Part shown: piece by piece, positions 36,011 through 48,930 of the stretch
Layout: every line of letters starts with the position of its first letter
Numbering within the stretch: position 1 is the first letter of the stretch
DNA from: Podarcis tiliguerta
Lineage: Eukaryota
Length of the DNA stretch: 64,000 bases
Assembly: GCA_965153285.1 (NCBI GenBank)
Contig: OZ229110.1
Reading direction: 5' to 3' (one strand)
Made by a program: the position numbers and the translations under genes
Notes under the pieces: generated by a model
Told to the model about the DNA's origin: nothing
Seen by the model: the letters and a program-made list of their open reading frames with translations, nothing else
The model's database searches: none

Positions 36011-37103
36011 GTATCACGGTGGCAGTTGTCATTTCCAGTTGATTATACACTTATCAAGTTCACCTCTGTGCAATGTGTGCCATGCACTTAAATCACACCT
36101 ACAAGGTTAATTGTTTCCAGGCTACGTGGCTTGCCATGATGTAAAACACACAACCTAATAAATCCTAAAGACTTTCACTGTTTTAATGGGTTAAAACTGT
36201 ATGTTCTCCAAACAGTTATAAAAATACCGACTTCAGGAAACAAAGAACTGCAAAACTAATTCAATATATATGCCTGCACTTGCTTCTTCTTTCCTCAGTC
36301 TATGGTTTAGTGGCTATTGTGTCACTATGGCAACATGAAAGACTGCTTATTTAGAGGTTGCATGTGACAATTTGCTATTTTTAAATAAACAAAAAAAATC
36401 ACAGCCGTTCAGAAAAGCCTAATTTAAAAAAACCAGATGATTGTGTTTTTAGGATGAAAAGAAAGAGTGTTAATGAAATTCCTTCCTGCAGCTGGACCAT
36501 TATCGCATTAAACTAGATTAGCTATGAATATAAAAAGACAGGAGCACTCTAGTCTCTCGCCACATATTTGTATAATGACAGAGCTAGAGACTGTCTTAGC
36601 TGGGTGGATGCTAGATGAGTAGATATCAAAGGCAGACTGTGAACTGAATGAAATAGCTGCTCCTTCATACAAGGGAGATTGAGCTCTCTGTACAAGAAAA
36701 ATAATGTTTGGTGTAACCTCTGATGTGTGACACTAGAATTTTTTTCTCCCCAGATTATACAAACTGGGCAGCCACTGCGTACATTGGTTGCCTGATCAGT
36801 ATACCTCCAGCAGCAAAGTAAAACAAAAAACAAAATAACAACAACCATGTTTTGACAGTGACATGCTAGCAAATGAAGTCCAGGGCCAATTCCTGCTTGC
36901 TGAGGGATGACATCTGCTTCCCTCTCTGTCCAGCTACCAAATTAGATGCAAGAGAAATCTGTGAAAGGAGGAGTGCTGGCTGTAGGTGGGGGGAGCTTTG
37001 GTCCACCATTCTTCACTGCTACTTCAAAGCTGACCCCACAGACGCTGAGGATGGACTTCATTAAGGAAATTCCAAAATATTAATCAGTTTATGTACAGAG
37101 GTA

Positions 37104-37354
37104 CAGTCGAACCTTGGATCCCAAACGCCTTGGTACTTGTACGTTTGGGCTCCTGAACGCCGTGAACTCAGAAGTGAGTGTTCCAGTTTGCGAACGTGCT
37201 TTGGAACCTGAAATGTCTGACGGAGCTCCCACAGCTTCCGATTGGCTGCAGGAAGCTCCTGCAGCCAATCAGAAGCCATGTTTTAGTTTCCGAACGTTTT
37301 GGAAGTCGAACAGACTTCCAGAATGGATTCCGTTCGACTTCCAAGGTACAACTG
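37104..37354. mobile_element. Tc1/mariner-type MITE, family B (251 bp) with internal hairpin module
   Basis: TA|cagtcgaaccttgg...ccaaggtacaactg|TA; repeated CGAACG-like motifs; palindrome at 37234-37276. Confidence 0.8.
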
Positions 37355-38539
37355 TACTTTGAAATCCTGGATTACGACATGCATGCTGCCTGAAAAGTCT
37401 CAAACCTCTGAAAGCTAGAATTTTTTTATCTTGATTTTTTATTTTTATTATTCAAAAAAAAAGTTGAGACTGGTCAAAACTGTCCACTCATATTCCATAT
37501 ACACTGAATCACAGTATCAACAATAGCATGTTCTAACTATAGTGCAGTCTCTACAACTGGAAACTTATTGGCTCCTTCCAATGACAAGGCAAACAAAAAA
37601 TAGCATCTTGCTTAATAAAAATAACTGCACTGCCTGATTTGTCCCAGTCCATGAAGTCCTGAAACAAACGCATAGCCTGTGAGCTTCAATGAGTTTTAAT
37701 TTTCTTGAGCTCCTCTGAAGTCAGATGAATTTGCTGCATTTATTCAGTGAATGGAGAATGAACTTGTATTTATTTTACTTAATAACCTGTGTGAGATTAG
37801 TTGTGATTCAGTTTATAAGGATTTGGTTTATAACAAGTGTGTTTGAAAATTATAATTAAAAAAAAAATCCAAATAGCAATCCGGTGAGATAAGTTTTACA
37901 TTAAAGGTCTGTTCCAGTAGTTAAAATTGTGGATAGAAGTAAAGAGGCCCCAGGTATTAATTTACCTAAAGAGCAGCTGTTAGAAAACACATTGCATTGT
38001 GTCATACATGCCCAGTGTAATGAAACCACAGACAAATAAGCCAAAGAATCACTGGTTTAGGGTTTAAGCCTCCTGCCTAAGCATGTGTTCAGCTCCTTTA
38101 TAAATTAATGGGAACTGGATCCAGCCTGCACTGAAAGGGGATAGCGGCACATTACCACAGTAATGTAAAAACTCAACTTAATACTTTTATTTCCTGTCTT
38201 GAAGTGCAAAGTTTGGTGTCCATATTGAACCCACATGAAGTTGGAAATCATTCCTCAGAGAGCAAGAGAGAGACTTAACACACATTTATTTTAAATTTGT
38301 TATATATACTTCCTGCCATAACTTGTTTCAAATTATCCAGCTTGACTTTATCATTCCTTTGGACTAATTCAGAACATGACCCTACTAAGTATCATTAAAT
38401 TTATTTAAAAATGTATTTGTTGAGGGGTTTTTTCTATAAAGCACATAAAGAAAATTAAGAAAACAGTTAAAAGTATATGTGGTGTTTTTAGACATAGCAC
38501 CATATATACAACTTAATTCATATTAAAATAGGTGATTGG

Positions 38540-39080
38540 CATGCCTTTTCCCAGCTCATTCTCGTTTACCACTTGCTGGGGCAGAGGAAGGGGGTGCGGT
38601 GGGTGCGGACCACCCCAGGTGTCACCACTGAGGGGGGTAACAAAATGTCGGGTGTCACACACCGTGGGGCCTGCAGCACGCCTGAGCTACATGTCTCTCT
38701 TGGGAGAGACGCTGTGGCTTGGGCGCGCGCAGGCTCCGCGCTGCCCAAATGGTCCACCTGCTGCCTCCCCACCAGCTGTGGGGCAGCTGAGTGGAAGAGG
38801 CAGGCAGACTTTGGAGGCCCCGTGGTGCACCCTGCCCCTCTGGGCAGCTCGCCCCACCCCTGGGTGCCCCACCCCAGGTGCCCGAGCAGCTTCCTCCGCT
38901 GCTGCCACTTGCAACCCTTTCTAGAAAAAGCAGGTTTTGCCTCCTCTCACACCCTGGCTACATCCAAAATAAACTACTGTAATAAGCTCCAAATGGGTCT
39001 GCCTTTAAATAGGGTTCAGAAACTTCATAGTAAAGAATACAGCTGTTAGGATGCTTGTGGGAATAAGTATCCAGATCATG
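38540..39080 (+). mobile_element. L2 ORF2 C-terminal relic interrupted by the 38576 MITE
   Basis: Removing the MITE and one TSD copy gives AFSQLILVYHL-QPFLEKAGFASSHTLATSKINYCNKLQMGLPLNRVQKL, similar to the L2 motif HALVTSRLDYCN...GLPLK...KLQ. Confidence 0.65.
38576..38904. mobile_element. GC-rich non-autonomous DNA transposon (hAT-like MITE)
   Basis: Imperfect TIR ctggggcagaggaag...cttcctccgctgctg (11/15); direct repeat ccacttg on both sides (38569-38575, 38905-38911). Confidence 0.7.
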
Positions 39081-39650
39081 TAATATCAGTCAGTACCAGC
39101 TGCACATGACTAATTTAGGCCCATTTATTTCAATGGGCCTACTCTGAGTAAAACATAGTTGAATATCACCCTTTGGAACTAGGTTATTTCAAGGACTCCC
39201 TGCACCCTCAAGTTCAAGTCTCTGCTCACAGCCACACTTTCAAGATCCATCAGACAGAAAAGCTTTTTAGTTGTGGCCCCATAATCCAAGCAATACGTAT
39301 GACCTAATCTTTCTTAGTTTTTTGGGCAGACCTCAATAATTTACGGTATTTGCTTCGGCCTGGATTCTGTTAACAGTGTAGTGAGTTCAGTTTTTAGCTT
39401 TTGTTACTGGATTGTTTCATGTGTAGTTTATGGAACTCTCACTTTTTGAAAAAGTCTTTAAAATGTTGTCCCTTCTCTAAAGCTTTTATTAATATGTAAT
39501 AGGTGAAGGCTGCTTACTGGGACATGATTAAGTTGCTGCTGTTTTCAGGCTCGTTTTATTTTATTGTGGTTACTCGCATGTGGTTCCTTTACTTACATGT
39601 GGTCTGTTTGAAATATGCAGCTTTGTGAAGGAACACCTCAAAAAGCTGTG

Positions 39651-40515
39651 TATTATTATTATTATTAAAATATTTATTAAGTTTCTATACCACCCTTCAT
39701 CCGAGGATCACAGGGAGGTTTAATGCAGTAACACAAAAATGCATAAAATAGTTATTAACAAAAACAATAACCCCACTCCCAGTTTAAAAGGACATAGACT
39801 GTTTAATTAGCCAGAGGCTTGGGAGAAGGGGAACATTTGATGATTGAAGTTAGGCTATCCCTGTGCAAGCAGGACCAGCAGCCAAAATTGATAGAAGACA
39901 CTCTGCATGTGCACGGCCACTTGAGCCTCAAGTGACAGTAATGAATCCAAAAGTCCCTGCAAGTTGCGTACCCGCTACTTCAGAGAATGTAACCCCATCA
40001 AGAGCAGGACACTTCCCATCCATCCAGTCTAGGGAACCGCCCACTAACAGTGCCTCTGTCTTATCCAGATTGAGTCTCAGTTTACTGGCTCTCATCCAGT
40101 CCATTACCGAGGCAAAACACTGGCCCAGCACATCCACTGCCTCACCTGCAGATGTCAAGGAGAAGTAGAGCTGTGTGTCAGCATATTGCTGACATTATAC
40201 TCCAAAACTCCAGATGACCCCACTCAGCAGTTTCATGTAGATGTTAAACAGCATGTGAAATAAGACTGAACCCTGAAGAACTCCACACTGATAGCTCCAC
40301 AGGGCTGAAGAGCATGCCACAAGCATCACTCCTTTGGAAACAACATCCAAGTAGGTCTGAAACCACTGCAAAGCAGTGCCACCAACCCTTAATTTGGACA
40401 GCTGCTCCAGAATGATACCAATGTTGACAGTATCAAATGCTGCTGAGGTTGAGGAGAATTAGCAAGGACATGTCCCCCCTGTCTCTCTCCTCACATAGGC
40501 AATCATACAGGGTGA
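39651..40515 (-). mobile_element. L2-clade LINE relic with RT domain and 3' tail
   Basis: Minus strand translates to AFDTV, LQWFQTYL, CGVLQGSVLFHMLFNIYMK, QQYADTQLYF and WMRASKLRLNLDKTEALLVG; (AAT)n tail at 39651-39666; internally deleted. Confidence 0.85.
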
Positions 40516-41167
40516 CCTTTTAAAATATGTTTATTTGGTTTTTAAAATAATTGTTTTAGTTACCGTGTGTAAGCCACCTTGGCGAGGCTTTACACTGAAG
40601 GGACGCACATAAGTACTTTAAATAAATAAATATCACCCAGAAGATTGCACTCCTAATATTATTTTCATTTATTACATTCATATCTCACCTTTTCTCCAAA
40701 GAGCTAAAGGTTCTTCCCCTTCCACCATTTCATCCTCAGAACAACTACATAAAGGTTAGGTTGAGAGAGAATTATGCCCTCTCTTTCCAAATTATGTCTT
40801 TTATTGTAATCTGTTCCACCTAAAATGGATTTTTCCATCTAACTTTGATTTTAACCTCAATTCAATTTCTATAGCATTACACAATGTAAACTGTGAAGGA
40901 TAACCTTCCAGTTACAGGATCAATTAATTTCCTTGGTTAAAGAAGAAAATTCCATTCTTTTAGGTTAATGCAACAGACCAGAATATTACTTTGCTTTCTT
41001 ATCCTACAATACCCCCTTGTCTTTTGCAGCTGTTAATATTTGACTAGGTCCTCTGGACTACAAAAAGGGTTATCAAAACAACTGAATTCTCTCCCCCTCC
41101 CTACTGCCCTAGTTTCAATAGTAGAAAAGTATGAGGAACTATGATCAATATGGTAGATTATGTAGAG

Positions 41168-41531
41168 TAAAGGTAAAGGTAAAGGTACCCCTGCCCGTAT
41201 GGGCCAGTCTTGACAGACTCTAGGGTTGTGCGCTCATTTCACTCTAGAGGCCGGGAGCCAGCGCTGTCCGCAGACACTTCCAGGTCACGTGGCCAGCGTG
41301 ACGAAGCTGCTCCGGCGAACCAGAGCAGCACACGGAAACGCCGTTTACCTTCCCGCTATAAAGCGGTACCTATTTATCTACTTGCACTTAAGGGTGCTTT
41401 CGAACTGCTAGGTGGGCAGGAGCTGGGACCGAACGACGGGAGCTCACCCCGCTGCAGGGATTCGAACCGCCGACCATGCGATCGGCAAGTCCTAGGCGCT
41501 GAGGTTTTACCCACAGCGCCACCCGCATCCC
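41168..41531 (-). mobile_element. Sauria SINE, full length, different subfamily
   Basis: (AAAGGT)3 tail, B-box-like ttcgaacc, shared core tacctatttatctacttgcac; distinct 3' region (gtacccctgcccgtatgggccag); TSD core ttatgtaga on both sides. Confidence 0.9.
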
Positions 41532-41799
41532 TTTTATGTAGAATAGTATTTAAATAAACAATCCACCTGAATCTGAGTAAACAATTGTGATTGTTAGTGT
41601 TTGGGATTCAGTCTGGTTAATTAAAGCTCTGAATTACAAATGAAATTGGCTAGAGAACAGTCCTAAAGTATTTCTGAGCCTATAACTATTCAACAAGACG
41701 TGTTGGAGTCAATGGGTGCTTCTATCCAGGGCTTTCTTTTAGAATTGGACAGTCCTCTTTTTAAGAGTTGGACAGTCCTCAGTGCATCCAATCACAACA

Positions 41800-41961
41800 G
41801 GAAAAGGCCTTGTGGCTACAGTTACAGGATCAATTCCTGATATCTCCAGATTAGGCTGAGACAGACTCTTGTCTGAAACCCAGCTGTCAGTCAATGCAGA
41901 CAGTACTGAGCTAGATGGACCAATGGTCTGACTCAGTATAAGGCAGCTTTCTATGTTCCTA
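41800..41961 (+). mobile_element. tRNA-head SINE with CR1-like tail (Squam3-like), internally deleted
   Basis: cagtcaatgcagacagtactgagctagatggaccaatggtctgactcagtataaggcagctttctatgttccta terminus; family name from recognition. Confidence 0.65.
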
Positions 41962-42223
41962 AGTAGCAGCCAAGTCATGAACACTAACCACTGTCTTTTC
42001 TTATACGTATACATGTGCATGTGCATGACAGAAGGAAAAAATGACAGATCTAACAGGGGTTCAAATATTCAAGCCATAATGCATGAAGTATCTGTGCACC
42101 ATTTATTACTGAATCCGCCAAAGGTCCTACCTGGACATGACATGATTCCTGGTTTCTTTTCTGTCTCTCCAAGGTGTTTTTTATTGATTTATATCCCTTC
42201 ATGGGCTCAAATAATAGATTATA

Positions 42224-42294
42224 AAAAGGTAAAAATAAAGGACCCCTGGACGGTTAAGTCCAGTCAAAGGCAACTATGGGGTTGCGGCACTCAT
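42224..42294 (-). mobile_element. Sauria SINE 3' fragment
   Basis: aaaggtaaaaataaaggacccctggacggttaagtccagtc...ggggttgcggcactcat matches the tail end of the copy at 31029. Confidence 0.7.
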
Positions 42295-42557
42295 TCAAAT
42301 GGCTGCCAAATGACCACCTGATGGGAGTTCTGGACAGTGCATATTGTCATGACATGAAATCATGTGAGCATGATCCTGCAACCCCCTCACACTTTCTTGT
42401 AACACATGATATTTAACAATGGAATCATTTTCTATTCACATATAAATCTCAGGCAGGAATTTTTGTTCACACAAGGGGGGTGATTTCAAACTATCTTGGG
42501 AGTTTGTATATTCTTCCCCCTTTAAGTCTTTCCATGCAACAGGTTTAATACCTACAA

Positions 42558-42611
42558 TGGACTAGCTGGCCCTCAGGGTCCCTTCCAATTCTACAATTCT
42601 ATGATTCTATG
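42558..42611 (+). mobile_element. CR1 3' terminal fragment
   Basis: ggactagctggccctcagggtcccttccaattctacaattctatgattctatg, ending in the ATTCTATG tail; matches the end of the 28540 element. Confidence 0.75.
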
Positions 42612-42844
42612 CAGTGGAACTTCAATACATACGTTACTTAAGACTTCAGATAACTTCATTTCCTCTGTCTTGCAAAATTCCATCATGCCCGTACACGAGC
42701 TTGATGTTTTCCTCTCATTCTCAGTGAAAGAATAGCTTATCAGAAATCTGACAAGCATTATTTCTTCCCAACAGTAGTTGTCTCACAAGTGAACACATTT
42801 GAAAAGGAAACCCCTTTTCAGACTGTCATTGTTGGAGCTTTGGC

Positions 42845-43230
42845 TCATAACACTAGAACTCGGGGACATCCAATGAATCTGAACGTTAGAAGATTCAGGA
42901 GAGACAAAAGAAAGTACGTACTTCTTCACACAGAGCATAGTTAAAACTATGGAATTCACTTCCCCAAGAGGTGGTGATGCTCACCAGCTTGGATGGCTTT
43001 AAGAGGATTAAACAAATTCATGAAGGGTAAGCTTATCAGCGGCTACTAGATGCAAAGGCTTTCTTCTTCCTCCATGCCCCTGGATGCCAGCTACTAAGAA
43101 CCACTAGTGGGGAGAGTGCTGTTGCATTCAGGTCCTGCTTACGGGCTTCCCATAGGTTGTCCACTGTGAGAACAGGAAGCAGGACTAGACAGGCCATTGC
43201 TCTGATCCAGTACTCTATTTGTACGTTTTT
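42845..43230 (+). mobile_element. CR1-clade LINE 3' fragment (second subfamily)
   Basis: RTRGHPMNL...RFRRDKRKY / FFTQ-like ORF2 end, followed by a 3' UTR ending ggactagacaggccattgctctgatccag; the same UTR recurs at 58164-58355. Confidence 0.7.
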
Positions 43231-46200
43231 ATTAACGAATATAACAATTCCATGCCTGTCCCCATCTAGATGACATACATCCTTATAGTGAAGCAGGAAG
43301 AGATTCCTAAGCTTCCTAAACTAAGTAGAGCTTTGAAAATTCCACAAGAATTCAAGCCGCTGAATTGAAATATGCCCTAAATGAAATCTATTCAGCCTTA
43401 CACGACCACTTACACATTAACGAACTGTTACAGAGAACTATTGTGTAATAAAATATCTGGTCAAGCCCTTTCTGTTATTTGAGAATATTAACAGTCTTAC
43501 AAGGCAAGGTATGACTAAGCGTATCAGCTTCAATGAGTTTTATTGGAAAGAAACCACAGCCCACAAAAAATGCAAGGATCAAATGGCTCAAATTTTCACT
43601 TCACGGTCAGTAAGCTCTTTATTGATAGCTTTACACCGAGAATTAATGCCTCCTCTCAATTCTTGACAAGCCCTCTTTTGGCGCCCAAACTGGTATGGTT
43701 GCTGTACATATAATGGGGGGAATGCTACCTAATGGTAAATTATGCAAAAGCTACCCATAAGGCTTTCATTTTTCCAAATCATCCCATTTTCCATGTAACA
43801 CATAAACATTTTCTGAGATTGTCAGCCTTCTAGAACTTTTAAGTGTGCAAAGTACAGTATCGCTTGACTCACCACTATCAAATTCCTACTGGTTCTATTT
43901 TTCCATTCCTATTTTTTGTGCCTTTCTACAAGTGACTTCAGTACTCTTCAGGTATTATGTTAAGGTGTTTAGTAAATATGTGAGGGGGTGGGGGAAAGCA
44001 GGGACAAGTGTACTAACTCTACCTTTCAGAGTAATAGATTCACTGAAGTAGAGAGACTCTTGAACTTCTAGAGGCTCCCTGTACATTTTAGAACTCTGTT
44101 TATAAAACATACATGTAATCTCCAGGAGTATAGGAAGCCTTCCACCTCAGATGGCTGCCCTCTTACAAATATGGCAAGCAGAGCTAGAGAGCTCATCCCT
44201 GGTGCCTCCTTGTGTGTTTACTGAACTGAAGAGGGCTTATCGCTAAGTAAGATTTTAGGTAGCAGAAACACTGTAAGAAGAAAAGCTACTAGTTTCTTGG
44301 TAACATGAACTATAATTATTTGCTTTGGCCCAACTAATACCTTTGGCTTTGTGTATTTAGCAGTTCTGCTTATTCACATTTTTTAAAATTTTTTATTTAC
44401 AAGATCACTTCACCAGCATCTGATCAGAGATCTAGATTTGTTAACGTGATTCATGTAATGTCATCTGACAATGATCTGCAAAACTATTTTCTTTTAGCTG
44501 CCTATAAAGTAAATGTCTCCATTATGTACCTTATAAACGGAGTTAAATATTTACTTTGGATCGCCATAAGACAAATGTCCGTCTGTAAGAAACTCTTCCT
44601 GTTACCCCTCATTAAAATTGTTCACTCAAGCTTATAATGAGTGTCACCAACTTAGTCATTGGAAGCAAGATACTATCTGGGAATGAAAACTCCAGTAAAT
44701 ATTTAAGCAGACAAGATAACATAGAAATAAATCAAAACCTAAAAATGACTATTAGCTCTATCTTCTAAGGTAGTATACCTTGGAATACCAGATACTGTAG
44801 AAGAACAACCATGAACATAACTTTGTGTGTTATATTCTGGAGACATCTCAAACGCTAGATAGCTATTTGACATAGTAATGATTCAGTAAGGCAACTCTGA
44901 GGTTCAGTGGGAGATTACATGTTTTTAGTGTGAAAAGCGCCGTTTCGACTGCACCTTCCTTTGTACTGAATAAAGTAGTTGTAACAAGGCCTCTACAACA
45001 GGAATTCCAGCTATGCCAACTCTTTTGCTTGCCTGCTATGAGCAGGCCATGATTCTTCACACAAGTGAGGAAGTTGCACTGCTTCTACAAAAGCCTAATA
45101 ACCCTGCTATTGGCAGCATTATGGTAAATAACCAGGGCAAAGAGGAGAGATTATTACAGACTCCCTATTAGCAGCTATCTGCTTAAGTGGAAATCATAGG
45201 CAGGCCAGTCTCGTGTATCTGATGATGGTATTCTTGCAAAATTGGAATCTTTAGAAATATCACATTATACATGACACTGTACCTATGTTAGAGGAATTCT
45301 GGTATCATTCAAATTTGTGGTTCTGCTCTCTAATAGACCCAGGATTATTCCAAGAAGGTTCCTACCTTTCCTGTGCTCCTGGGCCTGCCATTTCCTGTGA
45401 CGAACTGTGTTTCCAACACTGCTCCCTCTATGGGATTAAGGGGAGGTACATTTCTCTTGCCTGAGCCTTACAGACATAAACTGCTCCTGAAAGCTTTAAT
45501 GGGCCTTGCTCTTAATTATTAACACTCAAGATATTGACATGTGCTGGTACATTTTATATGCTATATGTATTTAGGAGGCATTCAGGTCTCAAGTGACCAA
45601 GGAGAGAGAAGGGACAACCCATTGCCTTATGCCCTCCATTGTTCCACTGTTGCCAGCTTCATTGCTTTCCACATGTTGGGAGGGGTGATACGGGGTGTGA
45701 GGCGCAGGGGAACTGGAGAATTGGTGAAAGATGTCTCTCACCTCCACCAGCTGGGTGGAAAAAGCATTATTTCCATGTTGTGTGGGGAAAGCATTTCCAT
45801 TCATAGAACGCAAAGTAAGTCTGGATCTAATTTTATGAAAATGGTAACAGAACACGAATATATCAGTTATAAATGTATGGGGGGGGATCAAGCATAAAGG
45901 AAAACATGTACAGAAGCTAGACCCGGCTTACTCCTTCCATTGTCTCCATCCAAAGTACCGCTAACTAGCTGAACAGAAAATAATTCAGAACCTAGTATTA
46001 TTAAAGAAGATAAAACTGACTCCAGCTACAGAAGCTGAGGCTGCTGAAGAGGCCAGAGATCAGATCATCTTGACTATGAGTCCTGGAAGACCTGCTCCCT
46101 GCCTTGCAGGCCTTTTCCCACCTGGCCTGGGAGAGCAGGGCCCTGACTGATGACTGGCTAACTACAGCTACAAAAGCTGAGGCTGTTGAACAGACTCTTG

Positions 46201-47504
46201 GGCTGGAGTATTGTTTAGGACTTTTTGTTTGGGGTTGTCACTGCTGTTATTGATACTAATCTTTATTTTAGATCTTACTATGATTTATATGGAAATTGTT
46301 TCATTTGGTTGTGCATTTTTAAAAGTTTTATTTATTGTGTATGACTACTTTTATTGTGTTGTAATTTTGTATTTTTTTCATATTGCAAGTGGGCTTGAGC
46401 ACTGGTGAACTATGGAAATAAAATGATGTATGCTTGAATAGTTAGACTAAGAAAACAAAAGGTAGACAACAGTGTGAAGTGACAACACATTGAGCTGAAT
46501 GCCCCACCTGATCCATTAGAGATTTTTAAAGTGTTGACCAAAATAATTTAAAGCTTAAATCTTTACTCAGATATACTCAAGTGCTCACTTGTCACCATTT
46601 CAAGCTATTCATTGACTGTTCAAATCCTGATATACATCAGTGCAGCCTTCAGCAATGTGATAATTTCCAGAAGGTCAGTAGGTCTTAGTTCCCAAAGCAC
46701 GTACATCAGTCACATGAGAAGTGATATCCCTTTCAAAAACATCACCATACTTGCTTTTCTTGCAGTTTCTATCAGTGGATCCAAGAACTCAGCACATCAC
46801 CCGCCGAGGTCAACAATGATGCATATTGTCAAAACAACATGAAAAACTGACGTAAGGACAGTCCTTGGGGGTGAGACTGTACAAATTGGTCTGATACATG
46901 TTTATTTGGAAGTCCCACTGGTGCTACATAATAATTCTCACTAAATCTACTGCACCTTAACTTCCAGCCAAGTGTAGTTATGCAGCCTTAGCTTATCACT
47001 TGAGAGCGCACAATTCACTGACAACTAATTATATTGCATGCCTTCATCCACAAAAGTAGAGTTCATAAGGGTTGAAAATTAGGCACACCCTTCCCCAGTG
47101 ATTTATCATATATTTGCTTGAATGCTCAAAAGTGCACTTGCTTGTTGTTTGATTGCCTTTACATATGACCTTATTGCCTCACAAGATACCCAAGTCCGAA
47201 TGAAAGCTCCAAATGTATGAAACCAGTGTTTGCACTTTGGAAGCTGAACAGATAACCTCAACAACAGGGAAATCCCAAGATAAGAGGTTACTGAAGCAGC
47301 TGTCTGGAGACTTTTGTTGATGTTGTTGCCATTAGATATGAAAAGCCAAATAACAGTTTCTGCTCTGTGTCAAAAAAAAACATTTTACATCCTTCAGCTT
47401 GTTTTGCAAACCACAAAGTAAGCCTACTGTGCTTAATTTTGGATAGCAAACCTACTTTGCCCACTTGCTCTGCTGAGTTTGAAAAGCCACTATATGTTAA
47501 TATT

Positions 47505-47640
47505 TGCAGTGATCTGGTAACTTCCCGGCTAGATTACTATAATGCATTGTACATGGTGCTGTCCTTGAAAACGACTCAGAGGCTTTAATTAGTGTAGAAT
47601 GCGACTGCCAGCATCTGACTGGGGCAGTCAGATGGAATCA
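47505..47640 (+). mobile_element. L2 ORF2 fragment
   Basis: Translates to LVTSRLDYYNALYMVLSLKTTQRL*LV*NATA. Confidence 0.7.
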
Positions 47641-47977
47641 CAGTGCTTATTTTTCCTGTTTTCAAGTAGGATACATAGAAGAGGATGGCCTTAGTTGGAT
47701 GGAAGGCAGATGTACTGTACTAGGAATGTCTTTAGTACAAGCCTAATTTCAATGCTCCTTACAAAAAAAGATAGTATTGGAATATTGTGCCCTGTCCATG
47801 TCTTTGTAAATGTGCATATATTTTAACTCAACTTTTTGACACAAAGGTTAACGCTGTTGAAAAGGCTGCACTTAAACCTTTATGCTCGACAGAATAGTGC
47901 TATCCTATCCACCTTGTTGGGCTCTAAAGGAGGGAACACGGGTCTATAATTTTGGCAGCTAATCCAAACATTGTGGT

Positions 47978-48205
47978 TGTCAGGATTCTAGCCTTTCACC
48001 AGTTTAGAACCAGAAAAGGTTGGCGGGGAGCTTGGAGCACCACAGCATCCAAACAGCTCTTCCTCCAAATCTTGAAGTTGATGGGGGTCAGGGAATCACT
48101 GTCCAGTTGCGAGGATGATCCCCTGCCCCTTCTGTAGTTTTGGCTTGGGGGGGGATGCTGGGGTTCTTCATGCTCATCAAAGGGTAACTCTGGGGTGGGC
48201 ATACT
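47978..48205. mobile_element. Possible LTR relic
   Basis: Begins tgtcagga; contains ggaatcactgtccagttgcgagg, which resembles lizard LTR sequence I recall. No second LTR or TSD found. Confidence 0.3.
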
Positions 48206-48930
48206 GAGTTAAGGCATACAAAAAATCTCACCTATAAAATGAAGGCCTTTTCTATTGTTATTGCTAGCTATTGTAACCAGACAATCATCTTTCTAGAATG
48301 CAAGAGTTCAAAAGAACTTTTGATGGGAATTCCCTTTGTTCTTCTTTTCGCATCTGATTTACAAGATAAAAGTTGTCTTTCTAAGGCAGAGGGAGATTAT
48401 CTCTCCATGCACTCAAGTATAACTTTGAGAGCAGGGTTGTTTTGAGCCAGCTGATAAAAACCAAACCAGACAGCTACATGAGGAGTGGGGTTTTTTGGGT
48501 TGAAGGTTTAAGTGGTCCTTTGATTTCTCTGTTACAGCAGCTATAAATATTCATATATTACAGTCTAGGTGGCTAAACTGGGATACATGATCACTTCCAA
48601 GGGCCAGGGTGTCAACAAATACCCAGAGATGAAAGCCAGAGAAGAGTAGTGATGCTGCTCTGTAGTCTGTAGTAGCAAAAATACAGAGTGTTCTGCCTTG
48701 CTGTCTCATAATGCAGCAGCTGAACCAGGCTACGATCTACAGTAAAACGACTTTAGTTTTACCTGTCTGACTTTTGTGTTCTTTTGAGCTCAGACATAAT
48801 CCAATATCCTTCAGTCTTGCTGAATTCAGTGAGATAAACACACCACTAAAAGTTTATATGCCAACATGTTCTGGCTTAACTTTGTGGCTGCTTATTTGAT
48901 GTGTTCAGTATACTTGTATCAGTAATGAAT

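Noticed and set aside
35817-36091. Poly-Leu and poly-Ile ORFs resembling signal peptides or TM helices
   Set aside because: Translations of the (AAT)n microsatellite.
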